From a virus (Duplodnaviria > Caudoviricetes), in the IMG/VR virus record IMGVR_UViG_3300033067_000221, positions 1 to 41,500 of that record: DNA of 41,500 nt; one strand, 5' to 3'. A program made the position numbers and the translations under genes. The notes under the pieces are model-generated. The model was not told the DNA's origin, made no database searches, and worked only from the letters and a program-made list of their open reading frames with translations. Each line of letters starts with the position of its first letter. Positions within the stretch are counted from its first letter, which is position 1. Shown here one piece after another: positions 10,722-19,381 of the stretch.

Positions 10722-11711
10722 ATGCTTTTAAACGCAGGACACAATCTTGCTAATCTAGGTATTCTTTCACTCGGGCACAACATTTCCGGTGTGTCTATTC
10801 CCCGTATCATTGTAAATACGCCACCGTCAATTAATGCAACACCTCTCGTTGTCGATGCAACACTTGCCGCTGGCAAAGTTCCGGGTTCATATTCTTGGGT
10901 TGGTGGTGCCGTAACAGAAGTTTGGACGTGGTATGTTGATGGTAATGTTAAAACTGACTCATATGTCATCGTCCCCGGTGATGTAGAAATCTATGCAGTC
11001 GTAACATTTATCGCTACAGGATATAGTGGAACGGATGCAATTACAATTGATCCAGTTACAGTAACGAATACGTTACCTGTCGCACTTGGTGGTGCAATTA
11101 AGTTTACCGTCCCCGCCTCTGGCCCTGCTCCTGCATTGTTTAATACCGTTGCAGGACAACTTACACGGTTCAAAGACCTTGCTAACTGGCCGACGACCGG
11201 CGGGCTGATCACCATCGCCGTGGACCTGACGGTCGCTGCGCTCGGCACTACCCAATACCTCTACGAAATGGACAACGGCCACATCAGCCTGCAAGTGGTG
11301 GCCGACGGTCGCCTTTTCCTCTCGATCAAGGATGGCGCCAACACCGCCGTCATCACCTCCGTTGTCATCGGCACCATCGCGGCGAACACCCGATATGACA
11401 TCATCGTGGCCGTGGACCTGGCCGCGCTGACCGCTTGGACGACGATCAACGGGGTGACGACGACGCGCACCCTCGGCGCCAACAGCGGCAACCTGTCCAG
11501 CGCGGGCCGGAAGCTCTGCCTGTTGGCGCGCGCGGGCGGGACGACGAACAACGTCGTCGGGGCGATCTACAAACTCGAGGTCTGGAACGACTGCGTGACC
11601 GGCGGCGGCCGCCCGGCGAGCGACACGCTCCTGCGTGCGAATGGGCGCATTGTTCCACCTGCTGCGGCCGCGAACGCACATCCGTGGAAACTTGGTGGAG
11701 ACGTGACATGA
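10722..11711 (+). CDS. tail accessory protein: Ig-like domain plus concanavalin/LamG-like domain
   Basis: N-terminal Ig-like pattern (W.W..DG...Y.....D); C-terminal beta-sandwich (ANTRYDIIVAVD...TTING...GAIYKLEVW); AAGGAG RBS. Confidence 0.65.
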   Translation: MLLNAGHNLANLGILSLGHNISGVSIPRIIVNTPPSINATPLVVDATLAAGKVPGSYSWVGGAVTEVWTWYVDGNVKTDSYVIVPGDVEIYAVVTFIATGYSGTDAITIDPVTVTNTLPVALGGAIKFTVPASGPAPALFNTVAGQLTRFKDLANWPTTGGLITIAVDLTVAALGTTQYLYEMDNGHISLQVVADGRLFLSIKDGANTAVITSVVIGTIAANTRYDIIVAVDLAALTAWTTINGVTTTRTLGANSGNLSSAGRKLCLLARAGGTTNNVVGAIYKLEVWNDCVTGGGRPASDTLLRANGRIVPPAAAANAHPWKLGGDVT

Positions 11712-11920
11712 TTTGGAGATTTAAAAGTAATAAGGCTAAAGTCGCTGCTGGTATGCGGATTATTAAATATGATTTAGACGGAACGATTTCGCTCTGGACA
11801 GGGGAGCGGTGGTCTGAAACGGAGATTGTGAATGACGCTGTGACTCCGCCGCCACCAGAGAATAACCTTCCCGTCGCAAAAGGCGGACATATCTCATTTA
11901 TTGTGGACCCTAAGAAATGA
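11708..11920 (+). CDS. small tail-module protein (70 aa, MIWRFKSNK...)
   Basis: ATGA overlap with the upstream stop and a GGAG RBS; the 11435 start in the track only extends through GC-rich shadow frame. Confidence 0.7.
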   Translation: MIWRFKSNKAKVAAGMRIIKYDLDGTISLWTGERWSETEIVNDAVTPPPPENNLPVAKGGHISFIVDPKK

Positions 11921-14640
11921 CAAGATACGCAGGCGATCAAAATCTTCTTTCAAAATCTACGGATAAAGACCTTGATAGTTTGACCATCAGTCATCTTGGT
12001 CTAACGAATACTCCACCCCTAATCAATTGGGGAGCGACACCTCATGCAGATTTTACAATTGCAACGACAGGCACTATTGAAATTTCTCAAGATGGGTCTA
12101 ACATTTACGATGATCATGGCTCTGTAGCAAATCACCCGTATGCGGGATATTCTTCGTCTCCTGCTGTGCGTGTATACTTCCGAGTATTCGATGGCAAAGG
12201 ATATTCTCCCGTCGATTATTGGGACTTCACGCTTGAAGCGTTAGCCGCTGGCGACGTTATTGCACCATCGTTTGTGTCGATGACTCCAGTAGCAGGTTCT
12301 ACTAACGTCGATGAAACTACTGCACCAATCCTTCATTTCAGCGAAGCATTGCAACAAGGCGTTGCGGGCAAGACTTTAAACCTGATTAATGATGCAACGT
12401 CTGCCGTCATTGAAACATTCACGCTTCCGGGCGCGATGGGTTCTGGGCCGGGTAAGGTTCAGATCACTGGTGCTGACGTTACCATTCAACCGACTACTTC
12501 ACTGCCCAAAGGCGTAAAAGTTAATGTGAATATGGATGCTGGATTTGTTAAAGACTTATCCGGCAATGATTGTGCTGCAATGACAGGGAATGCAGTTTCC
12601 TTTACAACTGTTCCTGTTGTCGCATCACTTGCATATCCAGATGATCCTGACAATTGGCGAGGCCGGTCATCTAACATCAGCTTTGATCCCACTGGTGCAA
12701 TCATTGTCGATGCAGCAGGCAGTGGATCGTATACGACTATTACGGCAGCAATGGCAGCAGCAGTTGCCGGTAATACGATTGCAGTTAAACAAGGTGTTTA
12801 TGAAGAAGCCTTTACAATGAAGGCTGGTGTAACGCTGCAAGGATGGAATACGGACAAACCGATTATCTCTGCACAACAAGCTGTAACTGGTTTTACGCAA
12901 TGTTCTGCTGCGGATGCATCTGTTCTTGGAACAACGCTTGGTGTTGCAAATTCTCCGATCTGGAAAAAGACAGGCATTTTAAAATCAATTTTATCAATCA
13001 CCGATCTTCTCGGTCTTGCGCCTATGGAGAATTGGGTTCCGCTGTTCAATGCACAAGATGCGGCTGATGCAAATAATCCAGATTTTCAGGAAGATGAAAG
13101 TAGGTTCTATGACATTGCTGCTGATGGTGGAAGCTATACCATGAGCGGTATCTATATTGTCGGTGTAACTGACAATACGGTCATCAAAGCAAGTAAGTAT
13201 ACAAACGCACAACTTCTCGCCGCTAAAGTTCGTTACTTTGGTAAACCAAACGAAATTTATATTTCACAGATTACTAGTGCAGACGTAAGCACTGGAACAA
13301 TTGGCTTTGCCAATACAAGCAAAGAAGTTGATGGCTCTGGTCGTAAACGTTTTGCACTCCAAAACATTGCTCCAGCAATGGTCACTGGAACATACTTCTA
13401 TGTAGACAATGGCACGACGTTTGATCTTTACGTTTATCCCTACAATGCTGTGAACATAAACAAGATTACTGTTGCAGCGAGGAAAACGATTATCACAATT
13501 CCGAATAGTGGTTCTGATATTACAATCCGTGGCTTCCAATTTATGAACCCATCAGGGACTGCATTGTCAGAAGGTGCTGCAATTACGAAGGTAAGTAACG
13601 GAACGAAGTTTAGCAATCTCGCAATTGAACACAATCTTTTCGTTGGTAGCACAAATACTGCACAACTTCATTACGGTGCAATTAAACTCATTGCCTGTGA
13701 TAATGTGCTTGTGCAACATAATAGCTTTAAGTGGTGTGGTGCTCACGGGTTCTATCCTGACGGTTCTACGAAAGACGATGACGTTTCAACCATTCGTCGC
13801 AATGTGTTCTATCGCTGCGGTTCTGCTGGAGCGAAGGCATACCGCCAGTGGAAATATGCGTATATGCATAACTATGCTATTTGGTGTGGTTATCGTGCGC
13901 ATGGTAATTTAGGTAACGTCTACTCCGGTGGTGTTGACGCTGTTTGGTGGGGTAACGAGTTTCTTCGATGTAATGGTTATCTTACATCGCAGAATATGTC
14001 AAATGCAAGTTATTGTTTCAATGTTATTCCTTGCGAAGACAAATATTATGCTAATCCGTCACTGCGTTCTAACCGCAAAATTGATAACCAAGGTGTGTCT
14101 GGCTTCTGCTATGTATTAAACAATTCAGCATATACAGTATTTACTGGTCTTGCAAATTTTGGCCATATGGCAATTTATGCTGGAGATCCGGGTTTAACGA
14201 TTTATATTGCGAACAATGTTGCTCATGGTATTTCAGCACCTGGCGATACACAAGGAACAGTTGCACTATGTAAGAATAATCTCGTTACACATGATGGGCC
14301 TTCTGGCAACATTCTAGGACAACCGACTGTTGCAGGTAATCTTGATCCATCAGATTTTACTGGTGGTCCAGGACTATTTGATACAACGAACGTGTTTAAT
14401 ACGAATTTAGCTGCAATTTATATGGACTATGCTGCAAGAGATTGGCGGCCAGCGAATGCTTCGTCACCGATTAAAACAATGTCAGCATATGATATTCAAA
14501 GTATCGTAAACTCGTATTTCATTCCCACGTTCACTGGTGCTACTGCGTATAATGTTCCTGTTGGTGACTTCGGACTTGACGTAAAAGGGAAAGCGATTAA
14601 TTGGGCAGCATTGAAAATCGGTGCTGATCAAAGTGTGTAA
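11917..14640 (+). CDS. tailspike/depolymerase: cadherin-like, SbsA Ig-like (Big_5) and right-handed beta-helix domains
   Basis: DVIAPSFVSMTP...LHFSEAL...TIQP...DLSGN (Big_5 pattern); YTTITAAMAAAVAGNTIAVKQGVY (pectin-lyase-fold cap); N-rich beta-helix repeats. Confidence 0.8.
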   Translation: MTRYAGDQNLLSKSTDKDLDSLTISHLGLTNTPPLINWGATPHADFTIATTGTIEISQDGSNIYDDHGSVANHPYAGYSSSPAVRVYFRVFDGKGYSPVDYWDFTLEALAAGDVIAPSFVSMTPVAGSTNVDETTAPILHFSEALQQGVAGKTLNLINDATSAVIETFTLPGAMGSGPGKVQITGADVTIQPTTSLPKGVKVNVNMDAGFVKDLSGNDCAAMTGNAVSFTTVPVVASLAYPDDPDNWRGRSSNISFDPTGAIIVDAAGSGSYTTITAAMAAAVAGNTIAVKQGVYEEAFTMKAGVTLQGWNTDKPIISAQQAVTGFTQCSAADASVLGTTLGVANSPIWKKTGILKSILSITDLLGLAPMENWVPLFNAQDAADANNPDFQEDESRFYDIAADGGSYTMSGIYIVGVTDNTVIKASKYTNAQLLAAKVRYFGKPNEIYISQITSADVSTGTIGFANTSKEVDGSGRKRFALQNIAPAMVTGTYFYVDNGTTFDLYVYPYNAVNINKITVAARKTIITIPNSGSDITIRGFQFMNPSGTALSEGAAITKVSNGTKFSNLAIEHNLFVGSTNTAQLHYGAIKLIACDNVLVQHNSFKWCGAHGFYPDGSTKDDDVSTIRRNVFYRCGSAGAKAYRQWKYAYMHNYAIWCGYRAHGNLGNVYSGGVDAVWWGNEFLRCNGYLTSQNMSNASYCFNVIPCEDKYYANPSLRSNRKIDNQGVSGFCYVLNNSAYTVFTGLANFGHMAIYAGDPGLTIYIANNVAHGISAPGDTQGTVALCKNNLVTHDGPSGNILGQPTVAGNLDPSDFTGGPGLFDTTNVFNTNLAAIYMDYAARDWRPANASSPIKTMSAYDIQSIVNSYFIPTFTGATAYNVPVGDFGLDVKGKAINWAALKIGADQSV

Positions 14641-14693
14641 CAGTTTAGAAAGATACAAACGACGTTAAATTAAACTGTGTTTAAGGCGCGAAC

Positions 14694-15014
14694 ATGCAAG
14701 AAGAAGGTAAAGGCTGGCACGTTGGGAGAGAAATTCCACTTGCACTAGTTGTAACGGTATTGCTTCAAACGTTTGCCGCGGTTTGGTGGGCTTCGAGTAT
14801 ATCGAAGATTGTTGACCAACAACAAAACATGATCATGCGTCAACAGCACGATATTGACGGATTGATAGTCGGCGCGAAGGAAAGAAGTATCCTAATCGCT
14901 CGCGCCGAGGAACAGTTGAAAGCATTAAATCTTGTGCTTTCAACCATGGATAATCGACAGACACGGATAGAAGATAAGATTAATACCATTTTAGAAAAGG
15001 TGAAACTACAATGA
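14694..15014 (+). CDS. membrane-anchored coiled-coil lysis protein (holin/antiholin-like)
   Basis: Single transmembrane helix (IPLALVVTVLLQTFAAVWW) followed by a coiled coil; directly upstream of the endolysin. Confidence 0.55.
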   Translation: MQEEGKGWHVGREIPLALVVTVLLQTFAAVWWASSISKIVDQQQNMIMRQQHDIDGLIVGAKERSILIARAEEQLKALNLVLSTMDNRQTRIEDKINTILEKVKLQ

Positions 15015-15568
15015 GTGATATTATCGACTATGTGAAATCGTTGGAAGGAACACTCGAATGGAAGAAAGGATCAAATCCGAAGATTGTTCAAATGTTCAAA
15101 GATGCTGGCCATCCCGAAGTGGTAAATGACGATACTGCTTGGTGTGCTGCATTTGTTGGGCATGTATTAAAGCACTGTGGATATACGAACTCGGGAAGTT
15201 TACTCGCAAGATCGTATCTTAACTACGGGACTCCTGTAAGTGTTGCTGATATGCAACCCGGCGATGTAATCATCTGGAGCAGAGGGAACAGTTCTTGGCA
15301 AGGACATGTCGAATTTGTCCTTGCAAAGCAGGGAATGTTTGTAAAGGTAATCGGCGGCAATGTTCAAGATCAAGTAAAGGTATACAATCGAAAGATTGAT
15401 AATTCTTTACTCGGCATCCGTCGGCCAGTTAAATCTAGTTTAAAGCCGGCTGTAAGTCCCGAGAAGGAAGCAGTGAAGCCATTGATTGGAACGAGCAAAT
15501 CTGCTATTGCTGGTATTATAGCAGCCATCGGTGCAGCAATTGCGTATTATCTTGGAGTATTCAAATGA
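15011..15568 (+). CDS. endolysin, TIGR02594/NlpC-P60-like peptidoglycan peptidase with a C-terminal transmembrane helix
   Basis: DDTAWCAAFV (catalytic Cys), PGDVII, QGHV (His) and GGN motifs; hydrophobic C-terminus. Confidence 0.88.
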   Translation: MSDIIDYVKSLEGTLEWKKGSNPKIVQMFKDAGHPEVVNDDTAWCAAFVGHVLKHCGYTNSGSLLARSYLNYGTPVSVADMQPGDVIIWSRGNSSWQGHVEFVLAKQGMFVKVIGGNVQDQVKVYNRKIDNSLLGIRRPVKSSLKPAVSPEKEAVKPLIGTSKSAIAGIIAAIGAAIAYYLGVFK

Positions 15569-15765
15569 CCGATATTGTTGCACAATTCGTTCGTATTGTT
15601 CTTCGATACCTTGCAGGTTATTTAATTCTCAAAGGATATGACAATGAAGTCGTAGGGAATTTGTTTCAAAATGAAGCAACAGTTGAATTAATCACTGGAC
15701 TTCTCATTGCTGGTCTTACAGAAATTGCGTGGATCAAATCCAAAGTCATTGGAGTTTTAAAATGA
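15565..15765 (+). CDS. putative holin (Pam3-gp28-like)
   Basis: 66 aa with two hydrophobic helices and an RIVLRYLAGYL...G motif. Confidence 0.7.
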   Translation: MTDIVAQFVRIVLRYLAGYLILKGYDNEVVGNLFQNEATVELITGLLIAGLTEIAWIKSKVIGVLK

Positions 15766-15977
15766 CTTTAATGCTTGCGCTTAAAACAATCGGACCTGCG
15801 CTACTTGGCCTTGGTGCCGTGATCCTCGTATGGCTACAAGCAATAAAGACGGACAGACTTCGCCAACAACGGGACGAAGAACGGAGAAAATTAAACACGA
15901 TTAAGGAGATTGATAAAATTGAAACGGATGTTAAAACTCGCAGTGACTCCGATCTTGTCGATCGCATTTCTAAGTAA
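15762..15977 (+). CDS. inner-membrane spanin (Rz-like)
   Basis: N-terminal transmembrane helix, charged coiled coil, C-terminal SDSDLVDRI; ATGA-coupled start at 15762 with a GGAG RBS. Confidence 0.7.
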   Translation: MTLMLALKTIGPALLGLGAVILVWLQAIKTDRLRQQRDEERRKLNTIKEIDKIETDVKTRSDSDLVDRISK

Positions 15978-16131
15978 TTGTGTTCCTACCTCTGGAGATT
16001 TCTGTGAAGTCTATAAAGACGAAATTAAATTCACCCGTTCGACGGCTGTTATTGTTGTCCAAACGGATAAAGAAGAAGCACAGAAAATCGACACCCGGAA
16101 TACTTACTGGCAAAGGCACTGTAAGCCATGA
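15928..16131 (+). CDS. outer-membrane spanin lipoprotein (Rz1-like)
   Basis: Signal peptide with lipobox FLSNC; DFC and C-terminal Cys; overlaps the 3' end of the i-spanin in another frame. Confidence 0.75.
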   Translation: MLKLAVTPILSIAFLSNCVPTSGDFCEVYKDEIKFTRSTAVIVVQTDKEEAQKIDTRNTYWQRHCKP

Positions 16132-16637
16132 CAAAGATAGAGTTGACGAATGGAGCGGTATTGACTATGCGTCGATATTGCGACTCAGATATTAAAACAA
16201 TGCTTGATCGCATTGAAGAATTTCTCACCCACGATAGGTTCATGGGATTTGAAAACCATTTTAAAGGCGTGTCCTTTGACCGTGAAAAGATGGAGAACAA
16301 ACTCCGTGACAATCTAGACAATCGACGGTTCTTCGCAAATTTAATATTCAACGAGGAAGGAACACTTGTTGCTGGGCTTTGCGGAGAGATTTGTGAATAC
16401 ATCTTCTCAAGTGATACACTTGCAGCGGATTACATTTTCTATTTCTCACCTGAGTTCACAAATCTCACTGCACTGTTTGCCATTATTCGTTCATATGTCG
16501 ATTGGGCAGAAGAGCACAAGGTGCGAGAAGTTCAACTGAGTTCGTCAACTTGGTTTAAGCAAACGAAGTTTGAAAAGTTAATGCGTTATATTGATTTTAA
16601 ACCGTTCATGGCTGGATACTCAAGGAGGTTTCGATAA
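16128..16637 (+). CDS. GNAT-family acetyltransferase-like virion-module protein
   Basis: YFSPEF...IIRSYVDWAEEHKVREVQL...MRYIDF GNAT pattern; usual position ahead of podovirus ejection genes. Confidence 0.75.
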   Translation: MTKIELTNGAVLTMRRYCDSDIKTMLDRIEEFLTHDRFMGFENHFKGVSFDREKMENKLRDNLDNRRFFANLIFNEEGTLVAGLCGEICEYIFSSDTLAADYIFYFSPEFTNLTALFAIIRSYVDWAEEHKVREVQLSSSTWFKQTKFEKLMRYIDFKPFMAGYSRRFR

Positions 16638-17548
16638 TGTGCGGTGGTGGTGGAAAAGTTCAGGACAATAGTGATAAGGTGGCTGCAATTCAAGCAGATG
16701 CGGCAGAAAAGGCACGTATTGCCGAAGAAGCAAAGCAGAAGCAGAAAGAGTCACAGTTTAATACTAGTTTAAGCAATGCATATGCGACGGCACTTGATGA
16801 TGCAAAGCGTTATTTCGCAGATCAAGGGCTTGATCCAGAGCAGTATCTTTCTGACATTACGAGTTCCGTAAATGCGAAGAAGGCACTTGTTCCATTTCTC
16901 GATAGTGCTCCGGGCACTTATTTCTCCGGTGCAGGCGCACAAGCGTATAACGACAAGCAAACTGGTATGCAGAATAAGTTCTTGCGTGAACTTGACAGCT
17001 TCGCCGGTAATGGTTTCGACAAAACTATGATCGGTGATACTGCTGATGATGCAAGTCTTGCGGCAATTCTAGAAGATGCATTCGGCACTGCGAATAGTCA
17101 ACTTGACATTCAACGGAAACGTGGTGTCTTGACAGACGCTGGAATGGGCGAAGCATTGAAGGAATTGACGAGGCAAAAATCCGGCGCGAAGAACAACCTC
17201 GACGTTGTTGGTCAAGCGGTGCTTGAAAAAGGACGTGGAACCATTCGTAATACTGCGGCGGATGCAAGGACTGCTGCAAGTAGTGCTCGCCTTGGGTCAA
17301 ATTTTAACCCATTCGATACGCAGAAAACGTTGTCGAATAACACTGCTGATTTCTTCGCATCCCTTGGCGATCAACTTCGTGGTGCGGCACCGACTGATCT
17401 ATTCGATGTAAGCAAAGCATTTACTAAAGGTGGTGTTGCACAAGGTGCAGGGAATTACGGCTACGATCCCGAAGCATCCAGTGGATTATTCTCACTGTTC
17501 GACGATCAAGCGAAGAAGAAACAGACGCAACCTGTTTCGCCGTTCTAA
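16637..17548 (+). CDS. internal virion / DNA ejection protein
   Basis: MCGGGG N-terminus; A/Q/G-rich helical protein following the GNAT gene. Confidence 0.7.
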   Translation: MCGGGGKVQDNSDKVAAIQADAAEKARIAEEAKQKQKESQFNTSLSNAYATALDDAKRYFADQGLDPEQYLSDITSSVNAKKALVPFLDSAPGTYFSGAGAQAYNDKQTGMQNKFLRELDSFAGNGFDKTMIGDTADDASLAAILEDAFGTANSQLDIQRKRGVLTDAGMGEALKELTRQKSGAKNNLDVVGQAVLEKGRGTIRNTAADARTAASSARLGSNFNPFDTQKTLSNNTADFFASLGDQLRGAAPTDLFDVSKAFTKGGVAQGAGNYGYDPEASSGLFSLFDDQAKKKQTQPVSPF

Positions 17549-17560
17549 TGGAGTGAAACA

Positions 17561-18547
17561 ATGGTTATTCCAGTTCAATCACTTATTGCGGGGATGGGAT
17601 TATTCTCCGAAGTATTTGCGAGGAAACGACAACAAGCACTAGAACAGGCAGCATTAAATGAGACCCGTCGTAGTAACATGGCGCAAGAGCAGCTTGCTAA
17701 AGCTGGCTCGATTGATGCGAACGGTAATCGTGTTCGTTATATTGATGGCATTGGATTTGTATCTGAGCCTTCAGCGGTAACGAAGAATATTCTCGACGCG
17801 GGGAATAGGGAGCAACTCGCAAATCTTCGTGAGGATCAACCACGAGAACGTGCCGCAGCAGTTCGTCGGGATAACCGCAGTCAAAGCGCAGATAAAGAAT
17901 ATCAAGATGCGTTTAAACGTTATCAGTATGGGAACAAACGCACCGAAGGTCAGGATGTAAGTGATGAAGTTCTCGCAACGGTGGCAGATCGTGAAGCTGC
18001 GGGTAGCGATCCGAATTCTTATATTGCGGCTGTCCGCACAGGCAATCCTTCGTCGATGCGTGGATTGTTGGATAAGACTGGTGCGAGGACTTCGTTAACT
18101 TCTGCACTTATCCGGGCACAGCAACAAGGACGTGGTAGGTTCCTCTCTGAACAAGGTGCAAAGAATAATAATGATTTTAACGAATTGCAGCAGTTGAGGA
18201 ATATTGCTGACGGCACCGGAGATACGTCTCCGATGATGAGTAATGCGAATGAAGAATTATTCAATCGTCAGGAAAGTTCTAAAAACAATTTAATCAATGT
18301 CATGGCAAACAATGGGTCGAGAACATCGAACATGTTGAACAACATGACGAAAAGCGCACAGCCTTTAGACCTTCGCACGATTATGCAAGCGTATAAATAT
18401 GACGATGAAAAGGCCAATCCAGACCCGAGGGACGAATTGCTGAAAGAACTCATGTTCCAACAGAAAATGAGTAATGCAAATTATTCATTGTTAAACGATA
18501 AATACAAGACTGCGAAGATTTACAAACAAGGTCAAGGGATGCTTTAA
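17561..18547 (+). CDS. internal virion / DNA ejection protein
   Basis: Hydrophobic Gly-containing N-terminus followed by helical N/Q/R-rich sequence. Confidence 0.6.
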   Translation: MVIPVQSLIAGMGLFSEVFARKRQQALEQAALNETRRSNMAQEQLAKAGSIDANGNRVRYIDGIGFVSEPSAVTKNILDAGNREQLANLREDQPRERAAAVRRDNRSQSADKEYQDAFKRYQYGNKRTEGQDVSDEVLATVADREAAGSDPNSYIAAVRTGNPSSMRGLLDKTGARTSLTSALIRAQQQGRGRFLSEQGAKNNNDFNELQQLRNIADGTGDTSPMMSNANEELFNRQESSKNNLINVMANNGSRTSNMLNNMTKSAQPLDLRTIMQAYKYDDEKANPDPRDELLKELMFQQKMSNANYSLLNDKYKTAKIYKQGQGML

Positions 18548-18548
18548 A

Positions 18549-19034
18549 ATGGCAAGGATTAAACTTCGTTCCCAAACTGAAGGCGAAACTGGAGAAGTTA
18601 ACTCCGGTGCAAAGAAGAAAACTAAGGCGGAGTATCAGGCAGAGTTTGAAGCAAAACTCAATGCAATGCCTGATGAAGAAATTGGTGAACCATCTGATGA
18701 AAGGTATCAATCTGGCTTTGAAGAAGCACAGGAAGGTGTGCGAGAAGCAGAACGCTTCGGCCTTGTAAAGCATATGTCTAGGTCCCGTCTTGCAGCATTG
18801 AAGAAGAATTTACTTCGTCAATACCAAGCCGGTCGTTATGGCCAAGACACACCAGAGAACTTCAATGCTAAGGTTGAAGAAGCAAATATGGGTGGTGCAA
18901 GTTTCCTTGCTGAAAAGACTCCAGAGAATACTGCAAAGAAGAAATCAATCTCGTTTAAACCGACTGACATTAAGCCGATCAATCCGAAGATTGATGCACT
19001 AAAACGCCAGATGGCATTACAAGGGAAGAAATGA
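18549..19034 (+). CDS. hypothetical protein (charged, ejection module)
   Basis: 161 aa ORF tightly packed in the operon. Confidence 0.65.
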   Translation: MARIKLRSQTEGETGEVNSGAKKKTKAEYQAEFEAKLNAMPDEEIGEPSDERYQSGFEEAQEGVREAERFGLVKHMSRSRLAALKKNLLRQYQAGRYGQDTPENFNAKVEEANMGGASFLAEKTPENTAKKKSISFKPTDIKPINPKIDALKRQMALQGKK

Positions 19035-19035
19035 A

Positions 19036-19362
19036 ATGGGACCGGACCAGTATTATCAACAAGTCGGTAAACAAGCCGTAAATGACTTAAACAATAAAGA
19101 CAGCAATGATGAACTCTATAACCAAGTGTTTGCTGAGGTGACAAATACTATTGATGAAGGAATTATGAAAGGTGAAATTGACAAGAATGACGAAGCGACT
19201 ATTGCAGATCAAATGTCTCAAATGATGTTTGAAGCATTTCAAAAGGGCGAACTTGGCAATATGTCACAAGATGAATTTATGAAACGATTGACAAGTAATC
19301 CTGACGGATTGCCTATGCATGATGCTAGCACTGATCTTCCGCAAGAAGATATTACGGAATAA
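19036..19362 (+). CDS. hypothetical acidic protein
   Basis: 108 aa, very D/E-rich, tightly packed in the operon. Confidence 0.65.
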   Translation: MGPDQYYQQVGKQAVNDLNNKDSNDELYNQVFAEVTNTIDEGIMKGEIDKNDEATIADQMSQMMFEAFQKGELGNMSQDEFMKRLTSNPDGLPMHDASTDLPQEDITE

Positions 19363-19381
19363 TTAAACAAGGTTTAAAGTC

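Noticed and set aside
11073-11940. Long alternative-frame ORFs (11073-11681, 11435-11707 extension, 11446-11940)
   Set aside because: Shadow ORFs caused by stop-codon scarcity in the GC-rich insert; R/P-rich and not protein-like.
8939-14640. Diversity-generating retroelement acting on tail genes
   Set aside because: No reverse transcriptase, and no template/variable repeat pair differing at adenines was seen.
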